A stretch of DNA of 64,000 nucleotides from a virus. The position numbers were made by a program, and so were the translations under genes. The stretch is taken from IMG/VR virus record IMGVR_UViG_3300029206_000002; one strand, written 5' to 3'. This document shows positions 31,415 to 41,882 of the stretch, one piece after another. The notes below the pieces were generated by a model, which worked only from the letters and a program-made list of their open reading frames with translations, was not told the DNA's origin and did no database searches. How positions within the stretch are numbered: the first letter of the stretch is position 1; each line of letters opens with the position of its first letter.

Positions 31415-31925
31415 AATTTTTTGATTTTTAATTGTTAATAATTGATTTATTTAAGTGAATGAATTAATCTTAAAAAGTATCTAATAAGCTTCTGCGATAG
31501 ATTTCATCTCTTTCTTCTTTGATATCTATTTGCATTTTAATGATAATACTTATTAGTTCTTCTTTTGTTTTCTTTTTTAATTCTTTTTTTGTCCACATAA
31601 TAGTAAAGAAATAGAAAGTTATACTATCTATTCGTACGCCTTATTCGATAGCTAGCCCTTTTCCTTCTCCTGACCTTAAATAAGGTTGACCGTTGTATAG
31701 TCCGTAGGTATTAATCACCTTTAGGGGTCTGGCGTTATAACCTTCTGTGTTGATTGGATTCTATCATAACTACTTAATTAGTAATTCTTAGTTAAACAAT
31801 AGCTCTTTCCCTTTTATACGGTTGCATTTTAGAATGTCTAACTCTCTTTTTAGACTGATATTCAGCTGCTTTTCCTGATTGCTTAGAACCTGGAAAATGA
31901 GATTCTTTATAGGTCTTTCCCATGA

Positions 31926-32315
31926 TTATAACACTCTAATTGCTTGTACTAAAAGGTCAAAGATATAAGCGCATCCCTTTTTGTTGAGATACTCGATTGT
32001 AACTTCTTTTTCATCCAGCATCATCTCAATTTGTGGTCTAGTTAACTTACCATCTTCAATTAATTTCCAAAAATTGGCATTAATTGCAGCGATATTCATT
32101 AGACCAGCTGCTGTACACACAGTAATAACATCTTTCAAGATGTTTTCAATCATTTGTTTATTTGAAGAACTAGTTACAAATTTACTTGTTTCAAGTATTT
32201 CTGTATGTACTTCTGATAAACCAAGTTTTTTAGCCATAAGAGCTACTGCTGTTACAACACTTTCCTGATTAATTGATGCAGGAATTCCAATAATTACAAA
32301 GTTTAAAGATTTCAT
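31926..32315 (-). CDS. hypothetical protein
   Basis: 129-aa ORF. Confidence 0.45.
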   Translation of the reverse strand: MKSLNFVIIGIPASINQESVVTAVALMAKKLGLSEVHTEILETSKFVTSSSNKQMIENILKDVITVCTAAGLMNIAAINANFWKLIEDGKLTRPQIEMMLDEKEVTIEYLNKKGCAYIFDLLVQAIRVL

Positions 32316-32326
32316 TTGATATGAAT

Positions 32327-32596
32327 TTAAAGTTGTTTATAAATTTCTTGGCTATAGTACTTACCGCATCTTTCACAGTAAGTTCTTTTAGTAATAGGAA
32401 TGTTTAATTCATTGTTATTAGGCTCATTTTTCCATTTGTGCCCATGAATTAAACATTGTGAACGTAATGCAACTTCTTTTTGCTTTTTAGGATTGTCTAA
32501 TAATTCTAATTCAGCAAGTCGTTTAATGTTACTATGATAGGCTTTTAGCCTTCTGTAACTACTGATTTTCAGTTTGATTTTCTTAAAAATATTCAT
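32327..32596 (-). CDS. hypothetical zinc-ribbon protein
   Basis: CLIHGH...CERCGKYY. Confidence 0.4.
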   Translation of the reverse strand: MNIFKKIKLKISSYRRLKAYHSNIKRLAELELLDNPKKQKEVALRSQCLIHGHKWKNEPNNNELNIPITKRTYCERCGKYYSQEIYKQL

Positions 32597-33019
32597 TCTT
32601 TCATATTTAATAGTTTTAATTATACAATATTTTGAGGACGTCTAGCTGCAACTAGATGGTTTTATCAATCTTAATTATATATTAACACACAATTTTTACT
32701 GTACGCTTACAGTAAATAAAGAAGGTATGTAACAATTTATACAATATATTGCAGTATATTGCAGGCTTGACGATTCACATCGTTGTGTAACTTCTACACT
32801 AATACAGCTTAATTGAAATACTAATTAAAATGACTCTCACTTAGTTTTAACTCATAAGCAGATATAGCTGTCAAACTAATCTTATTGGAGTACATGGTTT
32901 TAACGTCTGCACTAATACTAATCTCCTCCACCTACCTTCAGACGACAGTAATACTGCCCTCTAAAATGATTAGATATAAGCCCCACATGTTTGTCACTGA
33001 TTCTCACAGTAAAGACGGC

Positions 33020-33045
33020 TACTTCTATCTTCACAGACTAAAGTA
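33020..33045 (-). promoter_or_regulatory. conserved-loop hairpin, copy 2 (loop TATCTTCACAGAC)
   Basis: TACTT-ctatcttcacagacta-AAGTA, 17 nt downstream of the stop of gene 33062..33484 (minus). Confidence 0.45.
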
Positions 33046-33061
33046 ACCTTCTCTTTTTACT

Positions 33062-33484
33062 CTAATAATTAATGGCTTGGTGAATTGTATCACTATTAAT
33101 TTGTGGTAATGAGGACCTTGGCATACTATCTGGTATATATTCTTTTTGTATATCCATACTCCTCTTTATTAATTTATCATAAAAGTCTTTATTACTAATA
33201 TAAATAGAAACAATTTCATGATTTGATAAATCTGTACCTTTAGTAACAAGTATTTGAGTTAGTACTTGTTCTGGCATAACCAAGAATACACTATCTACAT
33301 ACTTGTCTAATCTCATATTTTCACGCCATTGTAGCACTTCTTGTACTGTTGGTGCTACTACTTGTTCAATTGTGTCCGTTTCAGGGATTTGTTTTTCTTT
33401 AGGACTACGAGGTCTTGCACAACTGATAAAAATTGCTAATGCTACTATTGCTGCAATTAGCCAAAATACGTATTTACTTTTCAT
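33062..33484 (-). CDS. putative lipoprotein
   Basis: N-terminus MKSKYVFWLIAAIVALAIFISCA (signal peptide plus lipobox-like ISC). Confidence 0.45.
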   Translation of the reverse strand: MKSKYVFWLIAAIVALAIFISCARPRSPKEKQIPETDTIEQVVAPTVQEVLQWRENMRLDKYVDSVFLVMPEQVLTQILVTKGTDLSNHEIVSIYISNKDFYDKLIKRSMDIQKEYIPDSMPRSSLPQINSDTIHQAINY

Positions 33485-33617
33485 TTTTGATAAATGTTTT
33501 TAAGTTAACACTAAGTATATAAATGCTATCAATATTGCATCTATTACAATTAATACTCTTGTTACTGGATGTGTTTCATACCAGTTTTCAAATTTATCCC
33601 ACCATATGTCTGCTAAA

Positions 33618-33875
33618 TCAGCTTGGTTTGATTTCTTTGTATCCATCGTCTTTATCTTTATATCCACTACCAAGTGTATATACAAAAGATAATACGCAGA
33701 ATATAAATAGTGCGATTATCACTACTTTAGAGTAATACCAATAATTCCAGTAATCGGTATATAACAGTCCGTACACTTCTTCATCAAAGAAATATATTCC
33801 TTGATGTTCAATAATCATCACAGCTGCAAATAATGCAGTTATGAGTCCAAATAAAAAATACATTAACTTTTGCAT
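33618..33875 (-). CDS. small membrane protein with two predicted TM helices
   Basis: 85-aa ORF that overlaps ORF 33500..33685 in another frame. Confidence 0.4.
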   Translation of the reverse strand: MQKLMYFLFGLITALFAAVMIIEHQGIYFFDEEVYGLLYTDYWNYWYYSKVVIIALFIFCVLSFVYTLGSGYKDKDDGYKEIKPS

Positions 33876-33953
33876 AATAATTATTTATTGATTAAATACT
33901 ATTTGCTACAAATACTATTGTTACTACTATTGCTAATAATATTAGTAAGTATA

Positions 33954-34271
33954 CTAATAATCTGATAGTAATAACAATGCGCCAGAATCGTTCATTTCCC
34001 ATATACTTTTATACTTATTGTTGAGTTTTTGCCAAAAATGATGTCCTTCTTTTGTATGTCTCCATATAAGTGTACATTCAATTGCCATACTAGGAACTCT
34101 TAATTTTGTATAAAATGGTTCTAGGTTTATTTTTTTATCGTGAGCATATTTACTACTGCCGTCTAAAAAGCTATCTAATACTTTTTCTTTAATAAGAAAC
34201 GTAAGCAATAAATAAGGCATATTAAATAATATTTGCCTTCTGACTTTTTGTTGTTCTGTTAACTTTTTCAT
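33954..34271 (-). CDS. hypothetical protein
   Basis: 105-aa ORF. Confidence 0.4.
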   Translation of the reverse strand: MKKLTEQQKVRRQILFNMPYLLLTFLIKEKVLDSFLDGSSKYAHDKKINLEPFYTKLRVPSMAIECTLIWRHTKEGHHFWQKLNNKYKSIWEMNDSGALLLLSDY

Positions 34272-34570
34272 TGATTGAATTGTACTTTTTTATGAACTTT
34301 AAATGTTACTTCAGTATCACTTTTAACTTCAATGGTAAAATGAGGAGATGATTTACTATCTATTCTTCGTTTGATCCATTTAACTACGTAATCCGCAGTT
34401 AATACTTCAAATTGCAAATAGCTACGCCATTTTCCACTCTTACCGATGTGTAGTTTTAGATTTCCTCTGTCAATATTAGTAACAGGGTTAACGCGACTTT
34501 GTTTTGAGTTAACTAATTTAGCTACTACTATGTCGCCGATTTTAAGATTCTGAAATTGTTCTAATGTCAT
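34268..34570 (-). CDS. hypothetical protein
   Basis: 100-aa ORF with ATGA overlap. Confidence 0.4.
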   Translation of the reverse strand: MTLEQFQNLKIGDIVVAKLVNSKQSRVNPVTNIDRGNLKLHIGKSGKWRSYLQFEVLTADYVVKWIKRRIDSKSSPHFTIEVKSDTEVTFKVHKKVQFNQ

Positions 34571-35057
34571 TTGATAAAGTTTTAAGTTTATTGTTTAAAT
34601 TTTCAATAGTTCCTAATAAATCTTTTAGTATATGTTTACTCTTCTGTAACTCTATAAGATCCTTTCTATGAATAATGACAAATTCTTCTTTTAGTGCTTC
34701 TTCAATTGTAACTGAAGTGTTAGTTGTACTTCTATTTATTGACTCAAGTTTTTTGTTTTCAGGTTTAATTGATATATCATGTTCAAAGGTTTTGTCATTA
34801 ATTTGACAAGTAAACGATACGTCAGAAAGTGCTATTTTTAGTTTCTTAAACATATCTTCTTCTGTATATTTATCAGGAAAGTCTAGTTCAAAATCTATGG
34901 CTCTAAAGTAAACTAGTTCTGCTATGTATGCAATATCTAGCAGGTTATTAGTTTCTTGCATAGGTATGCTAAAATACCTATTCATATATTTTATGATTTT
35001 GTTTCTTTCTTCTTTTGTGTTCTTAATTGCAAAAGATATTGTTACTAATTGTTGCAT
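34542..35057 (-). CDS. hypothetical protein
   Basis: 171-aa ORF. Confidence 0.45.
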   Translation of the reverse strand: MQQLVTISFAIKNTKEERNKIIKYMNRYFSIPMQETNNLLDIAYIAELVYFRAIDFELDFPDKYTEEDMFKKLKIALSDVSFTCQINDKTFEHDISIKPENKKLESINRSTTNTSVTIEEALKEEFVIIHRKDLIELQKSKHILKDLLGTIENLNNKLKTLSNDIRTISES

Positions 35058-35398
35058 ATACTTTAGTTTATTGATTAAACATATAAAGAGGACAGCTAAC
35101 GCTGTCCCCTACTATTTACGTATAGTTACGTTGTCATTCTTTGTTCATCTAATGACAGATGCTCAGAACTATTTTTCAAATCTAAAATAGTGAAAACTCC
35201 TTCATACTGAGTTTAGATAGTGCTTACAATAATCGTACCACACACTACGATGATACTAATACTACATGTAGTTGGCTCTGCATTTACAGGCTTGCCACTG
35301 TCTATGGCTGCATTACTATTGTAGTATAAATAACTCTAAGTTAGTTTGAATACATCTTGCTAAGAGTTCGTACTTTCTGATAAAGTGTTTTCTTGTTT

Positions 35399-35674
35399 TC
35401 ATAATGTTGATTTTAATGGAAATTTGTTTTTATTATGTTTTATATACTTTAAAACATTCAAATAATTATTAGCATTTAAGAAACAAAGCTTACACATAGA
35501 TATATCTGCACAAGGCTTATAATAAGCGCAACTACTTCTATTATCATGTGCTCTTATAGCACATAAATTTGTAAGTTCAAGTTTGCTTATTTCTTTATAA
35601 GCTTTCTTAGACTTTAATACTACTCCACTTTGTATTATATTGTCTATCATTACTGGTTTAATTAATTTAGTCAT
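35399..35674 (-). CDS. hypothetical Cys-rich small protein
   Basis: CAIRAH...CAYYKPCADISMCKLC. Confidence 0.4.
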   Translation of the reverse strand: MTKLIKPVMIDNIIQSGVVLKSKKAYKEISKLELTNLCAIRAHDNRSSCAYYKPCADISMCKLCFLNANNYLNVLKYIKHNKNKFPLKSTL

Positions 35675-35712
35675 TTCATTTTATCTTAATTTAAGTTAAT
35701 AATCAGTTTAAA

Positions 35713-35740
35713 ACACTACTATCTTCACAGACTGTAGTGT
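35713..35740 (-). promoter_or_regulatory. conserved-loop hairpin, copy 3 (loop TATCTTCACAGAC)
   Basis: ACACTAC-tatcttcacagact-GTAGTGT, about 40 nt upstream of the start of gene 35399..35674. Confidence 0.5.
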
Positions 35741-36392
35741 GTGGTTAAGTAATAATAAAGTAAAGGATAGTATGGCTGTATCCTTACAATATAGAAATAA
35801 ATAATTAGCATTTTACACCTAAAACTTATATCGCAAGGAGTATGTTCGACCTCTCATGCGTAACATATAAGAAACTGGTGTCCTCAATGTCTTGGAAAGT
35901 TATTGAGTTTTTTAAAAAGCATCTGTTTTTCTAGATTGCTTTAAACTCTTATATTAAGAGTTTACTATCTTAATACCTAGGATAAGATAGTAGATTATTT
36001 AAAATAATAGTATAATCTTCCAAAACTATACTATTATTTTGTGTTATCAACACTCACTATTACACACAGTAGCTAATTGTGTTTATTTAGTGACTAGATT
36101 CATAGTGGAAATGATTCCTTATGAGAATCCTACTTACTAGCTAGACTCTTGCGCTCGATACCGTTATTTATAATAACAATATTTTTCACAATCGAGGGTC
36201 TTATTTCTCGGCAACTCCTACTTTATATACTTGATCAGTATGTATATATCTATGCTTCTTACTTTCTGAGTGAGTTTGCGATTCTCAGATTTCATATTTT
36301 CTATTACCACGCATAGGCTAATTAGAAGAGCCTAATTAAATTATGTTAGAATAACATAATTTTGCACAGTTTGTTTAGTTAATAAATGACTA

Positions 36393-36431
36393 ACCAGTCT
36401 GTGACTAACTTCTGGTTAGTCTTAATTTAAT
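36393..36431. promoter_or_regulatory. 10-bp-stem hairpin GACTAACCAG...CTGGTTAGTC with internal GACTAAC repeat
   Basis: Seen directly in the 800-nt intergenic region 35700-36480. Confidence 0.4.
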
Positions 36432-36485
36432 TGCTAGTCTTTACAGCGCTAGCTCTCTGTTTAGTTACTATAAAGATAATCAAAT

Positions 36486-36719
36486 CTAGATAGTATTGTT
36501 AATTCTATTAAGATAGGATATTACTATTACTGTAAATAATATTGTATCAATCTTTATCGTTATATTTTGCATACGTATATAGTCATACATATTTGTTATT
36601 GTTGCCAAATCGTCTACATTTTTAATAAACGTAATTAATACAAATAATATAAATATTGATATAGCACAACATCCTAATAATATTATAATTTGTGTTATAT
36701 TATTTATAAGCTTTATCAT
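36486..36719 (-). CDS. hypothetical small membrane protein
   Basis: 77-aa hydrophobic ORF. Confidence 0.35.
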   Translation of the reverse strand: MIKLINNITQIIILLGCCAISIFILFVLITFIKNVDDLATITNMYDYIRMQNITIKIDTILFTVIVISYLNRINNTI

Positions 36720-37070
36720 ACTTTATCTAATAGTAATAATATTATCCATAGAATAAATTGACCAAGTACCACAATCAATGTTAATAGTGTCATTAAATTG
36801 TTTTTTTGTCTTTTATCCATCTCTAATTTTATATTAAATCCCATTCAATTAACGCTTCGATTGGTGACATACCTTGTTTGATGCATTCGGTTACTTCTGC
36901 TTCAAGATGATATTCTTTTGCTATTATGAGAGCTTCACTAACTGTAATTTTTGGTGTTTCCATAATATATATTTTTATTGATAAATAAAATTGCTATAAT
37001 GGTGACTCAATTGGTTTGAAACGGTAAACCATAGCTCCCACAGTTAGACTGCAAGAGCTATATATTAGGT

Positions 37071-37760
37071 TTACTCGTCATCGTCCTCGTCATCAGTTTG
37101 TTGAGTTTTTTCAGGTTCTGAAACAGGATTACCAACACTTTCATTTGCTTCTGGTTTATTGACACGTTTCTCATACCAATATGAACCGTTAGCAATGTTT
37201 GCATTTGCGTTCCTTGTAATTACTTCAATATAAGTTCCTCCGTTGAGGTCATTATCCCATTCGTTTGAGTCCTTATAATCAGTAATTTCGCCCGTCTTTT
37301 CGTCAACAATCATCTCAAGACGTGAATACCCAACTGCATTAAGTTGTGTTAATTCCTTTTGTTCACCATTTGCATCAGCATAGTAAATTTTACTTACACC
37401 TAAAACCTCACTAACCGGCAAGGTCTTATATACCAGCGGCAAAGAAAATTCACAATCTGACAACTTAATTACTTCTCCCTTCTTTGTTGTAAAGGTTTTT
37501 GAATCGCTTTCCATACACTTAATAAATCTGTCAAGATTTTTCTTGTATGCTTTGGCGGTTTCGTCCTCAGTGGGAAACAAACATTTAACAAGATTAATGT
37601 TGCGTATTGCAGCCGCTTGGGGATTCAATACTTTAACGCCTCCAATCGTAATGAATGTAGGCGCGTCCTTAGCTCCCTGTGAGTAACTGAATGTACACAC
37701 GTAGAACTCATCGCCATTAGTGCGAGTTCTTTTTTCTGCTGAAATCAATTTGCTTAACAT
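37071..37760 (-). CDS. putative single-stranded DNA-binding protein (acidic C-terminal tail)
   Basis: C-terminus ...TDDEDDDE, as in SSB proteins. First minus-strand gene beside the divergent switch region. Confidence 0.35.
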   Translation of the reverse strand: MLSKLISAEKRTRTNGDEFYVCTFSYSQGAKDAPTFITIGGVKVLNPQAAAIRNINLVKCLFPTEDETAKAYKKNLDRFIKCMESDSKTFTTKKGEVIKLSDCEFSLPLVYKTLPVSEVLGVSKIYYADANGEQKELTQLNAVGYSRLEMIVDEKTGEITDYKDSNEWDNDLNGGTYIEVITRNANANIANGSYWYEKRVNKPEANESVGNPVSEPEKTQQTDDEDDDE

Positions 37761-38854
37761 GATTTTTTCTCCTTTCTTGATTTTTATTAAATTAATATAA
37801 TAAGCGCATTTTTTAACGAGCCGTATTTTTTTGCAAAATAGGTCATATTAGACTTAGGATATATCCACCAAATAAAAGAATTATCCCGTATGCTAAAGTG
37901 ATTACTCAAACATTCATGAATGTTTAGCAATACAATGGTACATATTAACTTAACTTTTTCCATATTTTTGATTTACTTGTTACTTGTGTGGAATAGCCCA
38001 ACAGATACAAGCCCGTAGGGGTGTTCCACTCCGATACAAGGTAGAGGGGTGTGAATTTTTGCTGGTTCCCACACACAGATTTCTTCACCAAAAAAATTTT
38101 TTTATATATTTTTATTTTAAATAATGTTAAAAAATAGCTATTAAACTTAAATAAATATTCATAATAAATGTTAATAATAATAACCAATATAGTTAAATAT
38201 ACGTTACTGTATACAGTAGATACAGTTAAATACAGTATGAATACAGAAGACATATTAGAAGAATTAACTAAAGTAGATGATGTAAGCCCCATTACTTTAG
38301 AATTACTATTAACTTATTATTAACAATATGTACTCAAATGATGATATAAACTTTATTGCAAATGAAGTATATAAACTAAGTTCTTCTACTTAGTAGAATC
38401 TAATGAGATTGTATGGATTTATAATAACAGAAGCATGAATTACTATTTCATAAGACAAAGAGATTAGCAGTATTCTAATTGTCTTTACTTAAGTAAGATA
38501 AGTAAGAACTATAAATTAAATGATAATTATAGATCCTTTACTTTACCAGGACAAATAGAATATACTTTTTCTGAAGATTTATATAAACAGTTTAAGAAAG
38601 AAATAAATACAGTTAAATGACAGAATTTACTGCACTATGTTTAGTAGGTATGTTAGGATGTCTAGCTTATATCATACTAAATAAATTAACAAAGTAATGT
38701 GCCCTAAGTACACGGGATCGTAGTACATTCCACGCTTAAAGAAGTTACCATAAGGTAGAAGCGCACCAGGGAATCCTAATCGTAAGTAGGCTCAGTTTAG
38801 CTACCTTTCTGACGGTCGTTGAATAAAAAAGGTAGCCCCTAAAACGGTATTACT
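37761..38854. promoter_or_regulatory. divergent switch region between minus-strand and plus-strand modules; candidate origin/promoter region
   Basis: No convincing ORF. A7T7 tract at 38090-38110, the 14-bp palindrome TACTGTATACAGTA at 38204-38217 and four ATACAG(T/A) repeats at about 10-nt spacing (38211-38247). Confidence 0.45.
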
Positions 38855-39061
38855 ATGGAAAAGAACGAACAAAAAAAAGCAGATAGAATTGAGTATGTTT
38901 TCAGGAATAAAACTTATATAGCTACTCCTGAACTTAGTAAAGGTTGTTGTGTGGGTTGTGCGTTTGTTAATAATATGAATTGCGCTAACTTTAAAGATAG
39001 AATGGATATATGTCATAAAGGATATATATTTAAGCGCAAATTTAATCATATAGATGAGTAA
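38855..39061 (+). CDS. small Cys-rich (zinc-finger-like) protein
   Basis: CCVGCAFV...CANFKDRMDICHKGY. Confidence 0.45.
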   Translation: MEKNEQKKADRIEYVFRNKTYIATPELSKGCCVGCAFVNNMNCANFKDRMDICHKGYIFKRKFNHIDE

Positions 39062-39106
39062 CCTTACTTTACTTACTGCGTTAATAGATATTATAAAGTA
39101 AATATT

Positions 39107-39460
39107 ATGGAAGATAAAGTACTAGAAACAGTGGTAAACGGATTGGAATATAGTTTTGAAAAAGATATATTGGTAAAACCTTTAGCTCCTATCATGGTTA
39201 CTAAAGAATATACAGAGCAAATTCCTACTGGTGAAAAGGATGAAGAAGGTTTTAATAAGTATGAAGTAAAAACTCATACTAAAGAAGTTGAATCAGATTT
39301 TGCAAAAGGTATTGTTCTATCTATTCCAATCGGTACTGATAGTACCATTAAGGTTGGTGATACTATAGTATACCCTAAGAAATTTGCTAAAGACTTTGAT
39401 CTATTTAAAGACTCACAATTAGTTAAACCATACGACGTTGTAGCTAAAGTCGTTAAATAA
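39107..39460 (+). CDS. GroES-like co-chaperonin (phage gp31-like)
   Basis: Pattern LVKPLAPIMVTK...GIVLSIP...KVGDTIVYPK...KDSQLVKPYDVVAKV matches the GroES fold signature, followed by a terminator. Confidence 0.4.
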   Translation: MEDKVLETVVNGLEYSFEKDILVKPLAPIMVTKEYTEQIPTGEKDEEGFNKYEVKTHTKEVESDFAKGIVLSIPIGTDSTIKVGDTIVYPKKFAKDFDLFKDSQLVKPYDVVAKVVK

Positions 39461-39488
39461 GCTATCATAATACCTTGTTGAATAAGTT

Positions 39489-39518
39489 ACCCTGCCATCA
39501 AAGCAGGGTTTCTTTTTG
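39489..39518 (+). terminator. rho-independent terminator
   Basis: ACCCTGC-catcaaa-GCAGGGT followed by TTCTTTTTG. Confidence 0.65.
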
Positions 39519-39592
39519 TCATTACTTTACTAAACCTTAATAAATGTTAAATATTTTAAACACTTATTATATTAATACGTTTTAAGGGCATT

Positions 39593-39787
39593 ATGGGAAC
39601 AATAATAATAGTACTTGTGAGTATTATTGGTTTTGGTACTCTTACTTATCGTCAAGGAAAGAAAGAAGGTTATGACCAAGGTAGAATTGATGGTTATGAA
39701 GAGTGTAAGAAGAACTTTAACAGAATACAAGAATTTAAACAAAAGATATTAAATAAAAAGTTAGACATATGGAAGGATACAAAGTAA
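39593..39787 (+). CDS. small membrane protein
   Basis: N-terminal TM segment MGTIIIVLVSIIGFGTLTY. Confidence 0.45.
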   Translation: MGTIIIVLVSIIGFGTLTYRQGKKEGYDQGRIDGYEECKKNFNRIQEFKQKILNKKLDIWKDTK

Positions 39788-40191
39788 TTAAGGATTTTAG
39801 CTTCGCTGAAAAAGGTGATGTGTTTACTAAAGTTGAAGATTTAAACTTGTGGGAACTTCAGAAATCTGAAGTAGTATCAGATACAGAAACTTATACTTCA
39901 ATGGCATTTGATTCTTCTACTATGGAAGAATTAGCCAATAAAGATTATGTAATTTGGTACAGTGAAGAAGCACAAGAAGGTGTGGATGAATGTGAATGCT
40001 GTTGCGATAAGTTAGAGAAAGTAAAAGAATACGTTAATACTTTGATTGATACATATACCAAAGATTATAACGAATTGATGAAGGATTATAATGAAGGCAA
40101 TGTTCAACAGTGTGTTAAAGTAGAAGCAGAAACTGTATACCATAATTTAAATAAAGTTCTCAATAGTATTAAAGATTTGTTAGATGAATAA
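39769..40191 (+). CDS. hypothetical protein
   Basis: 140-aa ORF. Confidence 0.5.
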   Translation: MEGYKVIKDFSFAEKGDVFTKVEDLNLWELQKSEVVSDTETYTSMAFDSSTMEELANKDYVIWYSEEAQEGVDECECCCDKLEKVKEYVNTLIDTYTKDYNELMKDYNEGNVQQCVKVEAETVYHNLNKVLNSIKDLLDE

Positions 40192-40552
40192 ATTAGTAAA
40201 GACTGTTAATAAAGGCAATCTTTACTATGAATACCTTAACGCTTTAAATGGTATACTACAACTTACAAATAGGGAATTGGAGTTACTTACTAAGTTCGTT
40301 GAATTAGATGTGAACTTTACTCCAATACCTGGTGTAAGTAAAAATGTAGCCAATACTGACAATCGTAGAATGATTAAAAGTACTATGGGTATTACTCCAG
40401 ATAACTTAAGTAGATATATAAGTAAGTTCAAGAAAGAGGGTCTTTTAGTACAGGGAAAAGCAGAAGATGAATTAGTAGTTAATAAGATACTAATTCCAGA
40501 GATAATAAAAGATAGGGTGCAAATAACATTAATACTAAGAGTAAATGAATAA
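40184..40552 (+). CDS. hypothetical protein, possible HTH DNA-binding
   Basis: 122-aa ORF with TPDNLSRYISKFKKEGLL. Confidence 0.4.
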   Translation: MNKLVKTVNKGNLYYEYLNALNGILQLTNRELELLTKFVELDVNFTPIPGVSKNVANTDNRRMIKSTMGITPDNLSRYISKFKKEGLLVQGKAEDELVVNKILIPEIIKDRVQITLILRVNE

Positions 40553-40907
40553 TAAAATAAATAATAAACATTTCTATATGATCTTTGACAATGGGCATAT
40601 AGTACATGTAGAGAATAGAAGTAATAGGTTAGTACGGTATTTCAGACATCTTTTTAACTTACGTTCTAATCTGAAATTAACTTCTTTTGTCCCAAAGAAA
40701 CCTTACTCTAATAAAGAAATCAAGAAATTATCTGATATACTATACAGAAATCGCGATTTAGATGAATCTGATATTGTAGTAATAATAAATTCTATTAGAC
40801 CTAATACTATCAGAGAATCTTTAACAGAGTTAGAAACTAGTGAATATTATATAAATGCAACAGCAAAAAAAGATATCAATTTACTCAAGTCTGGCAAACA
40901 AATATAA
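40545..40907 (+). CDS. hypothetical protein
   Basis: 120-aa ORF. Confidence 0.45.
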   Translation: MNNKINNKHFYMIFDNGHIVHVENRSNRLVRYFRHLFNLRSNLKLTSFVPKKPYSNKEIKKLSDILYRNRDLDESDIVVIINSIRPNTIRESLTELETSEYYINATAKKDINLLKSGKQI

Positions 40908-41051
40908 TTTACCTTATCCTGTTATAGAAGTAATATGCAATAGTCCATTTAAGTTTGCTAAAGAAGTAATGTCAAATGATGAAGATACTAAAGATATTAT
41001 GTTTGCTTACTTATTTAAACTTAAATTAAAAAAGAGATATAAAGAAACAAA

Positions 41052-41189
41052 ATGAGACAGTTTATTGAAGAATGCTTAACACCTAATTATAAGATTCACT
41101 GGTTAGATTCTATTTACTTTGATCCTGTATTACTTAACAATATACAGATGTATATAGCAATTAATGACAGTAGACTATTAAGAATATGA
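41052..41189 (+). CDS. hypothetical small protein (45 aa)
   Basis: ATGA overlaps at both ends (41052/41055 and 41186/41189). Not in the ORF track. Confidence 0.35.
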   Translation: MRQFIEECLTPNYKIHWLDSIYFDPVLLNNIQMYIAINDSRLLRI

Positions 41190-41620
41190 TACTAAGAAAG
41201 TTTGATAATATATATCCTAGAACACTTTGGATAGCTATAGTAGAGAGTGAGGAAGATATACAGTTTCTATGCAAGAAGTTCTCTATATTAGAGATTACTC
41301 CAGAATTCAATAAGATACTAGAAAATGCTCAAGATGCAATGACCAATGCTTATCATTATGATGTAGTAGCTGAATGTAGACCTGTTATTCAAAACTTTAA
41401 CTATTTTGCTGGAATACTGTGTATAATATATAAGCCAGAGTTAGTAGATAGTGCTAACATAGCCCATGAATCTGTTCACATTTCTGACTATTACTTTGAA
41501 ATTACAGGTATGAATAATGAAGATTTTTCAACTGGTGGCAATGAAGGATATGCTTACTTAGTTGGTTGGGTTGCTGGATGTTTTGTTAAAGTAATGAAAG
41601 AATATGGAAAGACAAAGTAA
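41186..41620 (+). CDS. hypothetical protein with HExxH motif (possible small metallopeptidase)
   Basis: IAHESVHISDYY. Confidence 0.35.
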   Translation: MILRKFDNIYPRTLWIAIVESEEDIQFLCKKFSILEITPEFNKILENAQDAMTNAYHYDVVAECRPVIQNFNYFAGILCIIYKPELVDSANIAHESVHISDYYFEITGMNNEDFSTGGNEGYAYLVGWVAGCFVKVMKEYGKTK

Positions 41621-41882
41621 AGAAGATTCATTAGCTCTATGGGAGTTTGAGAAGAACAATACTAAACAGTTAGGTTCTAATATTAGTGAAGAGTTAAAGA
41701 AGTTAATGGAAGTTGCAGATAAGAAGATCAACAACTATTCCTTAACATACAATGAATTCATGGATGATATTCTAGAAGGTTTAGCTAAGTTGAAAGATAC
41801 AGATAGTATTGAAACTAGACAGTTACAGATAAAAGGATTGTACAACTGTTTAACTAATAAGTATATTGAAGATGGAGAATGA
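41604..41882 (+). CDS. hypothetical protein
   Basis: 92-aa ORF. Confidence 0.45.
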   Translation: MERQSKEDSLALWEFEKNNTKQLGSNISEELKKLMEVADKKINNYSLTYNEFMDDILEGLAKLKDTDSIETRQLQIKGLYNCLTNKYIEDGE

